From: Narcine bancroftii
Lineage: Eukaryota
Length of the DNA stretch: 64,000 bases
Reading direction: 5' to 3'
Assembly: GCF_036971445.1 (NCBI RefSeq)
Contig: NC_091472.1
Location: forward strand, 307,644,001-307,708,000
The position numbers and the translations under genes were made by a program. Positions within the stretch are counted from its first letter, which is position 1, and the number at the start of each line of letters is the position of its first letter. The notes beneath the pieces were generated by a model. It had not been told where the DNA came from, searched no databases, and saw only the letters and a program-made list of their open reading frames with translations. Positions 1 to 12,052 of the stretch are shown here, in pieces.

Positions 1-1611
1 AACGGGAGTAAAATCTACGAGTCTGAACAATCTACCAGTCCAGCTTCAGCACCACCAGGTGCAGTTTTAACCAAGTTTAACTGGATTGATCTTTGAGAAT
101 TCCTTCAAAATCAAGTTTTGGAAGCAAGATGTTTAAGTTGACAACCGTTCAAATGTTAAATACTTTGTAAAGCATCTCATTTCCTGTTCTTCACTTAATT
201 TTCCAATTTTGAACAAATCCAGAAACCAGTCAAAACTGCTAATATCGATTTGGTTCAAACTCCATCTCCTTTTAATTATATATTTCTCAGGACAATTACC
301 CCAGTCTATGCGTTACATTTCGTGTTATTATGTACAATTCTTCGTGGCTGTTCAACAGTGGTCGTCTACAGCAGATGTCTCCTGCCAAAGTACCTTGAAG
401 TTTGTTCCAGTCACACCATGAATGGGATTACCATCCAGATAACTGTACTCAAAACAATGGCAGAGCTGGAACAGAATTTCAGTATTTCTTTACAAAACAA
501 CTGCTGCTACCCTAATACAATGACTCATGCACAGATATTTCTATTCATAATAAAATTTGGTCTTTTTTTTCCTTACTGATACTACAGATTTATACCACAG
601 AAACAAATGAGTGATATTTAAAATGGTTGACTTTATCTCACCATGACCACAATATCTTCTTATGCTTTCATAGGACTGATTTTCACATGGGCCAAATTAT
701 TAGATGCACAATATCTCTTTTAAAGTGAAGAGAACTGTGGTTTTTGATTTCACTTTAGGCATAGAAATATAATTTCAAAGAAAGAAAAGTGATCGCCAGA
801 TTTCATTTCATCACCATTTTGTTGAGAAAAAATTATAACCAGTAAATGATCACAATTTTTACCTCGAAGCCAATAAAACAATCAAAGATATTGTTGGATT
901 TTTTTCCAACTTCACTGGGGGGGGGGGGGGGGTCAAATGTAACAGTTCCGTCATTAATATTTCCTCTCCTGGCTTTTGTAGAATAATTATTTCTGAACAA
1001 ATCCTTAAAAGAAACAATGAGTTACTATGGATTTAAACTGCTTGGATTTCAAAGAGGGAGATGTAATTCTGCTCCTGGATGGTTTTAATTGAAATCTCAG
1101 GTTGAGGGGCTTGTAAAAAAAGTAAGGGAGCGATTTTTTTTTTATTGCTTTTTTTTTTTCCTTATTATTTAGACACCTGAGTGTGCATTGAAAATCATCC
1201 ATCCTGTTAAGATTTAGGGAATACAAGTTTATCTGGTTCAAGGTCATAACAAAGAGCCAATGGAAAAAAAAATAACCAGCCGGAGCAGGGGGCTGGGTTT
1301 CCAATTGTTGATAGATTTCAGGATTAATAATGTCTTCCTGGTATGGGTATCCTGGAATGCTGAATTTTGTCTAATTTTTCAGACTCCCTTGAAGTTTCTC
1401 AAAGCCCCTAGTCAATAGGGAGCTGGAGGCAGCCAACAGTAATAAATAATTTTGGAAATTCAGTCAACTTCACCCTCAGAAAATGAGGTAGACAGCCAGA
1501 AAACCTCCCCAGCCACAGATATACATCAGCGTAATATGCCTGCGCTCACAGACAGTACATAGCTCTAACTCATTTTCCCTTCCTCCTGTAAATCCCAGAA
1601 ATTGACAACAA

Positions 1612-4600
1612 GGCATAAAGAACCGTACACGGCTTTTGGCCCTCAATATTGTCAATGTTGTGCCGACCCATATATTCCTTCAAAAAACAAATACTAACCC
1701 CTCTCTACCCCATAACCCTCTATTTTTCTTCCATCCATGTGTCTGTCTAAGAGTCTCTTAAATGCCTCCAATGTTTCAGCCTCTACCACCATCTCAGGCA
1801 AGGCATTCCAGTCCAGGCACCCACAACTCTCTGTGCAAAAAACTTACCCCTGAGGTCTCCCCTAAATTTCCCTCCTTTAACTTTGTGCTTATGTCCTCTG
1901 GTGTTTGCCGATCCTGCCCTAGGAAATAGGTGCTGGCTGTCCACCCTTTCTATGCCTCTCATAAGCTTGTAGACCTCTATCGTCTCTTTTCATCCTTCTA
2001 CACTCCAAAGAGAAAAGTCCCAGCTCTGATAACCTTGCCTCATAAAACTTGTTTCCTAAAATTCAGGCAACATCCTGTTAAATCTCCTCTGCACCCTCTC
2101 CATAGGTTCCACATCCTTCCTATAATGAGGTGACCAGAACTGAACATAATACCAGAGGTTTGTAGAGTTGTAACATGACCTCTCGACTCCTGAACTCAAT
2201 CTCCCTAATAATGAAGCCCAACATCCCAAAGACATTCTTAACTATCCTATCAACCTGTGTGGTGACCTTGAGGTATGTATGGATTTGAACCCCAGGGTCT
2301 CTCTGTTCATCCACACACTAAAGTAATCAACCACTAACCCTGTATTCAGCCTTCTGGTTTGTCCTTCCGAAATGCATCACCTCACACTTACCTGGATTGA
2401 AATCCATCTGCCACTTTTCTTCTCAACTCTGCATCCTATCTATATCCTATTGTAACCTTTGACAACCTTAACCTCCATCCACAACTCCTCCAACCATTGT
2501 GTCATCTGCAAACTTACTGACCCATCCTTCTGCCTCTTCATGCAGGTCATTTATAAAAATTACAAATAGAAGGGGTCCTAGGACAGATCCTTGTAGGACT
2601 CCACTAGTCACTGCCCTCCAGGCAGAATACTTTCCATCCACTACTTCTCTCTACTTTCTTCCTACAAGCCAATTTTTTTTTTATCCATACAGTCAAGGTT
2701 CCACTGATCCCATGCCTCATGACTTTCTGGATGAGTCTCTCATGGGAACCTTGTTAAATGCCTTGTTAAAATCCATGTAGGTGACATTTATCACCTTACC
2801 CTCATCAATTTCTTTTGTTACCTTCTCAAAAAACTCAATTAGACTCATGAGGCATGACCTTCCCTTCACAAAGCCATGCTGACTATCCTTCAGTAGACTG
2901 AACTTCTCCAAATGCTCGTAGATCCTACCCTTAAGAATCCTTCCATAAGTTTGCACACTACTGAATGAAGCCAAGATTCACTGATCTATAATTCCCAGGA
3001 ATCTCCCTATTATCTTTGTTAAACAAATGGACTACATTTACCATTCTCCAATCCTCTGACTCCTCCCCTGTGGCCAAAGAGGATTCAAGGATCATAGCTA
3101 CCACTCCCACAATCTCTTCTCTCACTTCCCACAGTAGCCTTGGGTATATCGTGTCCGGTCCCAGGGACTTATCCATCTTGATGTTGATAAGAAGATCCAA
3201 CACTTCCACTTCCTCAAACTCCACATTGTCCAGCACACAGGCCTATTCAATTTTGACCTCATCGTGATCAAGGTCCTATTCTCTTGTGAACACTGATGCA
3301 AAGTATTCATTTAGGGCCTCCCCAACCTCCTCTGCCTCCAGACACATGTTGCCTCCTTTATCCTTGAGCGGCCCCACCTTCATTCTCGTCATCCTTCTGT
3401 TCTTCACATATGAATAGATCACCTTGGGGTTCTCCTTAATTCTACATGCCATGGCCTTCTCGTGCCCCCTTTGAGTTCTTTCTTATGCTCTTTCCTGGCT
3501 ATCATGTACTTCTCATGAGCCCTTCCTGTTTCCTGCTCCCTATATCTAATGTATGTTTCCTTCTTCCTCTTGACTAGCTCTCACCTGTTTCATCAGCCAC
3601 GGTTCCCTTTTCCTACCATCTTTTCCTTGTCCCACTGGAGCAAACCTATCTTGAACCAAACATTACTTCTGTGCTTTCACACTTAAACATCTGTTTTTAT
3701 CCCTTCATAATCAGCCCTTCCCCAGTTTGACTGTTTCTATCCTTTTCCAAACCTATGTTGAAGCTAAGGGAGTTGTAGTCAAAATGCTCCCCCACCGAGA
3801 GGTTTGGCACCCGACCAGGTTCATTACCATGAACTAGATCCAGTGCGGCCTCTCCTCTTGTCGGCTGGTCCACATACTGTGTCAGGAATCCTTCTGTACA
3901 TGCCTGACCAATTTAGCCCTATCTATCCCTCTTGCAGTCAGGAGATGCCAGTCAATATTAGGGAAGTTGAAATCACCCATAACTACAACCCTATTTTTTC
4001 CGCACCATTCCAAAATCTGCCTGCTCATCTGCTCCTCAGTGCCCTGAGGGCTACTTGGAGGTCTATAGACACTCCCTCTGCAGCATCTTCCCTTTCTATA
4101 GCTATGATACTCTCCCTGACCAGTAATCTTACTCCTCCCCCTTTTCTACCTTCCATTTTAAAGAAATCTAAAGCCCGGTACCTGCATCAGCCAATCTTGT
4201 CTTTACTCTATCCAAATTTCAATAATGGCACAACATCGTTGTTCCATGTACTGATCCATGCTCTAAGTTCGTCTCCTTTATTCCTAACACACCAAGTGTT
4301 TAAATGTACACATTTCAAACCCTCTAACTGACTACCTTTATGTTTTGTCTCCTGTCTGTCCTTCCTCACCAACTCAGAGCACATAAAGTCATGTTTTTGT
4401 CTCTGCACTCACATTCTCATTCTCACCCCCTGCCAAACTAGTTTAAATCCTCCCCAACAGCTCTAGCAAAAATCTCCCTCACAGGATATTGGGTCCTTTC
4501 CAGTTCAGGTGCAGCTTGTCCTTTTGGTACACATCAGACCTTCCCCAGAAGAGATCCCAATGATCCAGAAATCTGAACCCTTCCCTCCTGCACCAACTCT

Positions 4601-5111
4601 TCAGCCACGCATTCATCCGGCACAACTTCCTGTTCCTACCCTCTGGACAGGCAGCAATCTTGAATTTACCACCCTTGAGGTCCTGCTTTTTAACTTCTTT
4701 CCTAACTCCCTTTATTCCCTCTTCAGGACCTAATCCCTACTCCTATCTATGTCATTGGTCCACAACATCTGCTGCTCCCCCTCCCCCTCCAGAATGCTAC
4801 AAACTCAGTCAGAGATGCCTCTGACCCTGGCTCCTGGGAGGGAAAATACCATCCAGGAGCCTCGATCTTGTTCACAGATCCTCCTATCCACTTATCTAAA
4901 GAAGTCTCCAATCACCATCGCTGTCCTCTTCTCCCCTCTTCCCTTCTGAGCCGGGGTGGGGGGGACGAGCCTCTGTGTCAGAGACATAACCACCAAAACT
5001 TGTCCCTCCCAGCAGTATCCAAAACAGTATATTTGTTGAGAGGAACGACCACAGGGGTGCCCTGCACTGTCTGCCTCTTCCCCTTCCCTCTCCTGACAGT
5101 CACCCAATTAC
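1612..5111 (-). mobile_element. CR1 LINE, long decayed copy (part of ORF1 esterase, APE endonuclease, RT, 3' UTR)
   Basis: Fragments LKCVHLNTWCVRNKGDEL (EN start), KSLGPDTIYPRLLWE, QHGFVKGRSCL, YMDFNKAFNKVP, FADD region near 2500-2515 and ORF1 VIGD motif; many frameshifts. Confidence 0.9.
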
Positions 5112-5198
5112 CTGTCTCCAGATTTCTAGGGGTGGCTGTTTTCCTGAAACAAAGTAGGCTGAGGATGTTCAGCTGCTCTTGACATCTGTGGAAAGGGG

Positions 5199-5310
5199 GT
5201 AACTGGGTGACTGTTAGGAGAGGGAAGGGGAATAGGCAGATAGTGCAGCACCCCTGTTGCCATTCCCGTCAACAATAAGTATACTGTTTTAGATACTGTT
5301 GTTGTGGGGG
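5199..5310 (+). mobile_element. Short CR1 ORF1 fragment, inverted relative to 5011-5111
   Basis: aactgggtgactgttaggagagggaagggg...aacaataagtatactgttttagatactg matches the reverse complement of 5011-5111 with scattered mismatches. Confidence 0.8.
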
Positions 5311-5379
5311 GGGGGGGTGGGGGGGGCGGGGCGGAGAGATCTACCAGAGATGTTGGGGGTAGGGGGTTGCAGAGAGATG

Positions 5380-5570
5380 CTGGTGGAAGAGAGCAAGGAA
5401 GATTTGGGATGGTGGGAGAGTGTGCGTGTGTGTGTAAGAATAAGTAATAATTGGTAGACAGAGAAGTGGAGCGTGGAAGAGGAAGGAGGGAGATGGAGAA
5501 AGGTAGGAAAAGATAGGGGAAGAGGGTGAGAGGGAAAAAGAAAGAAGTGGAGAAAGAGAATGAAAGCACA
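5380..5570. repeat. Purine-rich (GA) low-complexity tract
   Basis: Sequence is dominated by gagaa/ggaag words. Confidence 0.7.
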
Positions 5571-6705
5571 GTTTTAATAGTTCAAGTAGAATCCTTCAAG
5601 TTGATAAAAAAAAATAACCAGCTGGCAGGATTCCGGGCACTTAATAGTTAATTTTTGGTTTAGGTTTGGATGCAGTAGGTAAGGAGTCATGGAACATCAT
5701 ACATCTCAGTACTTTAATGGAAATGTTTGCTAATAACATTAAAAGCATGTGTTTTATTTGGAATAGTGACAAGTCACAGATATTAGAATAAACATCAAAT
5801 GATAATTATAAATGGCCGTGGAACTGTTAGCAAAAGGGGGAATGGTAAAAATTGGAATACAAATCAGTTTTAGGAACAGGCACAGCTTTTCTTACTGCTC
5901 TTCAGCTCACTTCATCACTAACTATCTCCGATTTAAAGACATTATAATGGGTCTGCTTTATGAAGGTAACCTTTGAATTATCCTTAAGTTCTCTTCCCCA
6001 CCCCCATTTCTTTCCCCTTCACCTTGCTTCCCTTTGAAAGTGTTAAAGTCAGAGACTGAACCCAGAGGCCTAAATAAACAATCCAGGGAAGTGAGTTCGA
6101 CACCTACCATAGCAACTAAGAACAGAAATACAGTTCGAAATCTGGAATTACCCCCAGTAATTATGACCAGAGAACTACTAAACAGACTTTACAAATGTGT
6201 CTGCTTCATTAATGTCCATCATTGGGAGTAAATTTGCGATTCTTACTTGGCCTTTTTGTGCCTTACAGGTAATTCCAGACTATAATAAAGTAATTGACTC
6301 TTGACTGCAAATAAAACAGAACACATACGCAATTCTCTTGTGTGGTTCAGCTCGATACATATTACCAAAGCCAGTATGTTAAAATAGAAAAAGACTAAAT
6401 TTGGATAGTCTTCCCAGCATTGACTCAAGCACTGAATTCGGAAGCAGCAAAGCCGCTTCCTGTTCAGTCGACTTTGAATGGTTCACCTCACAAAAGTGGG
6501 ATCGGTGTCTAAACGAGGAAAGCTCTCGCAGGAATTGGTCAATATCATGAGGTATCCCTACTTACAAAATCCAAGCAATCCCTAGGTATGGCCAGTCCCT
6601 CCAGCGGGACAGACCCACCTAAAGGGGCAGTGACGTGGTATACAGGTGCAAAGCAGTGGCCCCATGGGGGCCCAGATTCCTTAAAATGAAACAGCATTGT
6701 CAAAC

Positions 6706-6958
6706 TGTGGTGATACAATCACTACACTGGCCACACTCCTACCGGCCTACTGCAGGGGCAACCACTATACCTGCAGGTAGGAAACCTGGCAGGCTGGCCC
6801 CACCTACCGGCTGTCGTATAAAGACTCAAGCTGGCCCCTTCGGCGACAGTCAGACATGTGGAGCCTGCAAAGATACTAAGATTGGTGTGTACAAGTTTAA
6901 GCTAATTAAAGCCTGTTGTACAGTCTGTGGACTTGGCGTCAGAATTATTGTTCACGCA
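6706..6958 (+). mobile_element. Probable short solo LTR
   Basis: Starts TGTGGTG and ends CACGCA; TATAAA near 6816 and ATTAAA near 6905; shares ggcaggctggccc(c)acct with the solo LTR at 62598; TSD imperfect. Confidence 0.6.
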
Positions 6959-7249
6959 AACAGGGGCAAGGAAACTTCGTGATGACCAACTATCACTTTC
7001 TCTCTACTGCTGAATCAACATTCCTCCATGTTGAATAGCATTTGGAGAAAGTACTGAAATTAGTGAGGGCATCGTGCCAACAGAGCCTGGGCTGGCTGAG
7101 TTCCAAAGGATGTAACTATTAGTCTAGGTCTACAGGCAGCAGTGAGGAAATCCTCTTAATAGATAACGAATGTGACATCCTCACCAATCTATCTGTGGTG
7201 AATGCAGTGTACTTGACAGCAATATTAGAAGTGCCCCCCCACCACTTGT

Positions 7250-9150
7250 GAAGACTGGGACAGCCTTAACAATACCCTATACAAAGTAGAATAGGACAGA
7301 TGTGGTGGCTAAAAACTGGGTGTCCATGAGGTACTGTGAATTATCAGCGGAGCAAAAATGTTCACTGCAATCTGTAATGTCATGGCCTGTCTCATTCCTC
7401 ACTCTGCTGTTACAATCAACCTTGGAGTGTAGACGAGTAAGTTGGGAACAACACCAGGTAGACCCAACTTCGAAAAGCTGCAAGACAAGATTGCATGGGT
7501 GCGAAACAGCACCAATGGGTTTAAGTGAACCCACAATCAGTTGATCACATCGAATCTCTGCTGCCCTACCATGTCCAGTCATGAATAGTTGTGAATAATG
7601 AAACAGTTAGTGAGAGCAGAAGGCCTCAAGAATATCCCCATCTAGGTCCAGCAGTTGAGTACAGTAGAAGAAGCTAAAGAATTTACAACCATGTGCATTC
7701 AGAAATGCCTAATGGATGACATAATTCAGCTTCCATCCTACATCTGCACCATTACAGAAACCAGTTGCCTGCCAATCAGACTCATTTTATGTGATATCAA
7801 GCAAAGGCCAAGAGCACATTATACATGGGGTTGGGACTGGACAACATCACAACAGCACTGACGACCTGCTCTCCAGAATTGGCAGTGAGGGTGCTCAATG
7901 ACCATAGGCTCACACTAACCATCCGAGACTCTCCTATTCATGAAACAATATTTATTTGTTGATATGAATACTTGCCCTGAATATGTATTGGTTGTCTGTA
8001 TGTGCGTTATGTCTGGTTGTGTGTCTACGTGTTTTTCACCGAGGATCGGAGAACGCTGCTTCATCAGTTTGTACTTGTGCAATCAGATGACAATAAACTT
8101 GACGTGGCCTGCTCCTACAGTAGGTTATTTCAGTACAATTGCAGCATTGGCAGCTAATCAACAAGGTGGAAAATTGCTCAGGTAATTTGGCCAGCCAGAC
8201 AAATCCCATCCAGTGAATAATTGCCCAACTCTCAATCATAACCAAACTGCTGTAAGTTATTGGCCAAAATTACCAACAAGTGGCATAAACTCTCTGCTAA
8301 TCTGCTCAATAGATCCTATGCTTGAGATTGGGGTCTTAGCTGCAGATCTCATCTCAGCCTTGTTCCAAATACATATTTCTGAGGACAATGTGTGTGCCTT
8401 TACCGAGCAAGCAGTGAAAAGATTTTTGTGTATTTTCTGTTCATGACACTCAGTGGAACCTTGAACCCTGGTAAAACTGATGTCAATGGGCATTGATGGA
8501 AAATACTCCAGTCACTGGAGTCACATCTTGCAAAAATGGATAATGGTTGTGGATGAGGAAGGTCAATTATCCTAGTTCCAGTGCATCACTGCACAATCCC
8601 TACTCCATCTTTAGTGACCGTCCTTTCACTGTAGCCTCAAAATTGGGATGATTCGATGATGTTCAATAAACTCGAGCAAATAAAACAGAACACATACGCA
8701 ATTCAGTCAGCACCTGGACAATACTTAGGCAAGGGTTAATTAAGTGGCCGTAATTTGCACTACAAGTACCATACAATTATTACCTTTAAGGGGCAGTCTA
8801 ACCACCTAACCTTAACATTCAATTGCATCACCAATGTATGGACTTTCATGATCAACTTACCGGGATCATCACTGATCAAAAATCAGCTGATCAATCCCGT
8901 AAATTCTGTGTCTATGAGTAGTTCCAAAGACATCCCAAAGCCCTTTCATCATCTGCAAGTCACAAGTGGAGCGGATTGCACTCTATGTGTCTGGATGAGT
9001 GTGCAGCTTTTACAACATTCACTCAGCTCAAAGCCATCCAGAGCAAAGACACCAGGTTGACTGACTGGCACCACATTCACCAGTCAAGTTATTTATTCTC
9101 TCCATCACTGTAACTGTGTGGTTGTAGTGTATGACACGCACTGAGGGCAA
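7250..9150 (+). mobile_element. Old, heavily decayed CR1/L2-group LINE ORF2 remnant
   Basis: Degenerate RT-region words (gactggacaacatc, gtggaaaattgctcaggta, cacctggacaatac...aagtggc); no open frame. Confidence 0.55.
7860..8103 (+). mobile_element. LINE 3' end fragment (tail ...atgacaataaacttgac) inserted in the older LINE
   Basis: The terminal ~55 bp recur at about 52883-52940. Confidence 0.6.
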
Positions 9151-10004
9151 GGCAGTCAATCATCAAGGCAAATAATAAATAGTCATTTTAAAAATTATGA
9201 AAGATGCAATTCAGTGCACTGGTAGGAAAAATAGAAACATATTTCTTAACAGACAGGTTTGAATTCTTTGGGACAGAAATATAGGAGTAAGGGCAGGTAG
9301 ATTGGCTGAGAAATTCAATGTATCTAAGAAGCTGATCACAAGGTATACCAGTGGAAGTCAACAATGAAATGAACTCACTGCTCCCTCTCTACATTTTGGC
9401 TGCATTAGCATCACGGAGAGGGGGAAAGGGCATCAGATTTGGGATTTCAGAAAGATCAGATCTGCCTTCTCATATCAAGTCCTTGAAGGGAGGGTGAACT
9501 GTGGCTTCAGGGTTCAGGACGCTGGGGATTGGCAGGAAAAGGTCCAGAAAGGACACTCAAGATTCCCTCAAGGAGCACTGAAGTCTGTGGAACAGGCAGT
9601 GAATGGAAAGATTCTATGATCCACTCCATGTGAAAATTAAGTCAAAAGAAGATGAATTCAAGGTTTTCTCCCAGGACGGCATTCTAAAAAGGTGTTTTTC
9701 AAGCTCAACACTGGGGTGCTCAAATATATTAACTCTACCTCTCACTTTAATTACAATCTCCTCCAACTCTAAACATATCAACTTTTTCTCTTCCTTCCAG
9801 CAGTCACTTCCTCAGCCCTCACTCGACCTTGCTTTGCACTTACTGTTTCAACATTTAAAATTATGCCCCTGACTTGAATTTAACAGTCTCTCAACCCCAT
9901 TTCATCTCCTTTGCTTCCCTTATTGCTAGACATTCAGTAATGATGTAATGGAAAGGTACTGTCCCTCCTACTCAGACTCAATGACTATCCCTTATGATGG
10001 CATG

Positions 10005-11350
10005 TTTTCTTCTTTTTTGGCTTGGCTTTGCGGACGAAGATTTATGGAGGGGGTAAATGTCCACGTCAGCTGCAGGCTCGATTGTGGCTGACAAGTCCGA
10101 TGCGGGACAGGCAGACACGGTTGCAGCGGTTGCAGGGGAAAATTGGTTGGTTGGGGTTGGGTGTTGAGTTTATCCTCCTTTGTCTTTTGTCAGTGAGGTG
10201 GGCTCTGCGGTCTTCTTCAAAGGAGGTTGCTGCCCGCCGAACTGTGAGGCACCAAGATGCACGGTTTGAGGCAATATCAGCCCACTGGCGGTGGTCAATG
10301 GGGCAGGCACCAAGAGATTTCTTTAGGCAGTCCTTGTACCTCTTCTTTGGTGCACCTCTGTCACGGTGGCCAGTAGAGAGCTCGCCATATAACACGATCT
10401 TGGGAAGGCGATGGTCCTCCATTCTGGAGACGTGACCCACCCAGCGCAGCTGGATCTTCAGCAGCGTGGACTCGATGCTGTCGGCCTCTGCCATCTCAAG
10501 TACTTCGATGTTGGAGATGGTCGCTCCAATGAACGTTGAGGATGGAGCGGAGACAAAGCTGGTGGAAGCGTTCTAGGAGCCGTAGGGGCTGCCGGTAGAG
10601 GACCCATGATTCAGAGCCGAACAGGGGTGTGGGTATGACAACGGCTCTGTATACGCTTATCTTTGTGAGGTTTTTCAGTTGGTTGTTTTTCCAGACTCTT
10701 TTGTGTAGTCTTCCAAAGGCGCTATTTGCCTTGGCGAGTCTGTTGTCTATCTCATTGTCGATCCTTGCATCTGATGAAATGGTGCAGCCGAGATAGGTAA
10801 ACTGGTTGACCGTTTTGAGTTTTGTGTGCCCGATGGAGATGTGGGGGGGCTGGTAGTCATGGTGGGGAGCTGGCTGATGGAAGACCTCCATTTTCTTCAG
10901 GCTGACTTCGGCAGTTTCCGCAAAACAGGACGTCAAGCGCTGAAGAGCTGGCTCTGAATGGGCAACTAAAGCGACATCATCTGCAAAGAGTAGTTCACGG
11001 ACAAGTTTCTCTTGTGTCTTGGTGTGAGCTTGCAGGCGCCTCAGATTGAAGAGACTGCCATCCGTGCAGTACCGGATTTAAACAGCGTCTTCATTGTTGA
11101 GGTCTTTCATGGCTTGGTTCAGCATCATGCTGAAGAAGATTGAAAAGAGGGTTGGTGCGAGAACACAGCCTTGCTTCACGCCATTGTTAATGGAGAAGGG
11201 TTCAGAGAGCTCATTGCTGTATTTGACCCGACCTTGTTGGTTTTCGTGCAGTTGGATAACCATGTTGAGGAACTTTGGGGGGCATCCGATGCGCTCTAGT
11301 ATTTGCCAAAGCCCTTTCCTGCTCACGGTATCGAAGGCTTTGGTGAGGTC
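10005..11350 (-). mobile_element. RTE-clade (BovB-like) LINE, 5'-truncated, relatively young
   Basis: DLTKAFDTVSR, GVKQGCVLAPTLF, LLFADD (~10975-10993), RLAKANSAFGRL, QLRWVGHVSRM, C-terminal CNRCNRVCLSRIGLVSH and a GAAGAAAA tail; few frameshifts. Confidence 0.92.
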
Positions 11351-12052
11351 TTTGGAAAAATTTACCATTGTAATGGGTTTGAATTTTTTTTAATTTATAG
11401 GGTCCTTTTATCAAATATTTTCATAACTTATAAGATTATTAGATATTGTTTTGTGATTTCAGCCCTCTCTATATGATAGTAAATTATATGCAAATACCAA
11501 CAACTTTGGAAGGGAAGGGGTAGATTTTGAAGAATAGTAATATTGTAGTGGCTCGCGCACGGAGACATGGACCAGGCCACAAAATGACCGACAAAGACGG
11601 TGACCACGTGGACCTGGGGGTGACACTGGCCATCGTACCAGGCGACCTCGCGCATGGTGGGGAACTTTGGTGGGAATGCCAGCCAATCCCAGGCCGGTGC
11701 TCCAGTGACACGGGGCCCTGATGCCGGCGCTTGGGGCCCATATAAGTGCGACGGCCAGAGCAATAAATTAGTCTTGTTTTCCAAGGCTTTGGTGAGCGTG
11801 TTGTTCTTCTCCACGCTCGCGCAGTGCGAATGCTACAATACCTTTTTTTTGGTCGTTTTCAATGAGCCATTTTATATTTAAGTGCGTAATATACTTTTTT
11901 GACTTTCTTTTAGTCTCTGTGTTAAAGAACTTTGTTTATATATAATAGTTTTTTTTACATATAATTATCTCACCTGTATATTCCTTTTTACGTCCTTACT
12001 GTTTACTTGTTTCTTATTATTGAAAACTTAATAAAAATATTGAGAAAGAAAA
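11351..12052 (+). mobile_element. Probable L1/Tx1-type LINE 3' UTR fragment, interrupted by a solo LTR
   Basis: T-rich UTR ending aataaaaatattgagaaagaaaa. Confidence 0.45.
11544..11837 (+). mobile_element. Solo LTR (294 bp, CpG-rich)
   Basis: TGTAG...CTACA termini; 4-bp TSD atat/atac; atataa followed by AATAAA (11762). Confidence 0.85.

Noticed and set aside
209-579. Short overlapping ORFs at the window start
   Set aside because: No recognisable domain or ZNF385 similarity, and no splice support.
1264-5622. A9-TAACCAGC repeated at 1264-1280 and 5606-5622, considered as a TSD of the CR1
   Set aside because: Hundreds of bp from the element ends, and half of it is poly-A.
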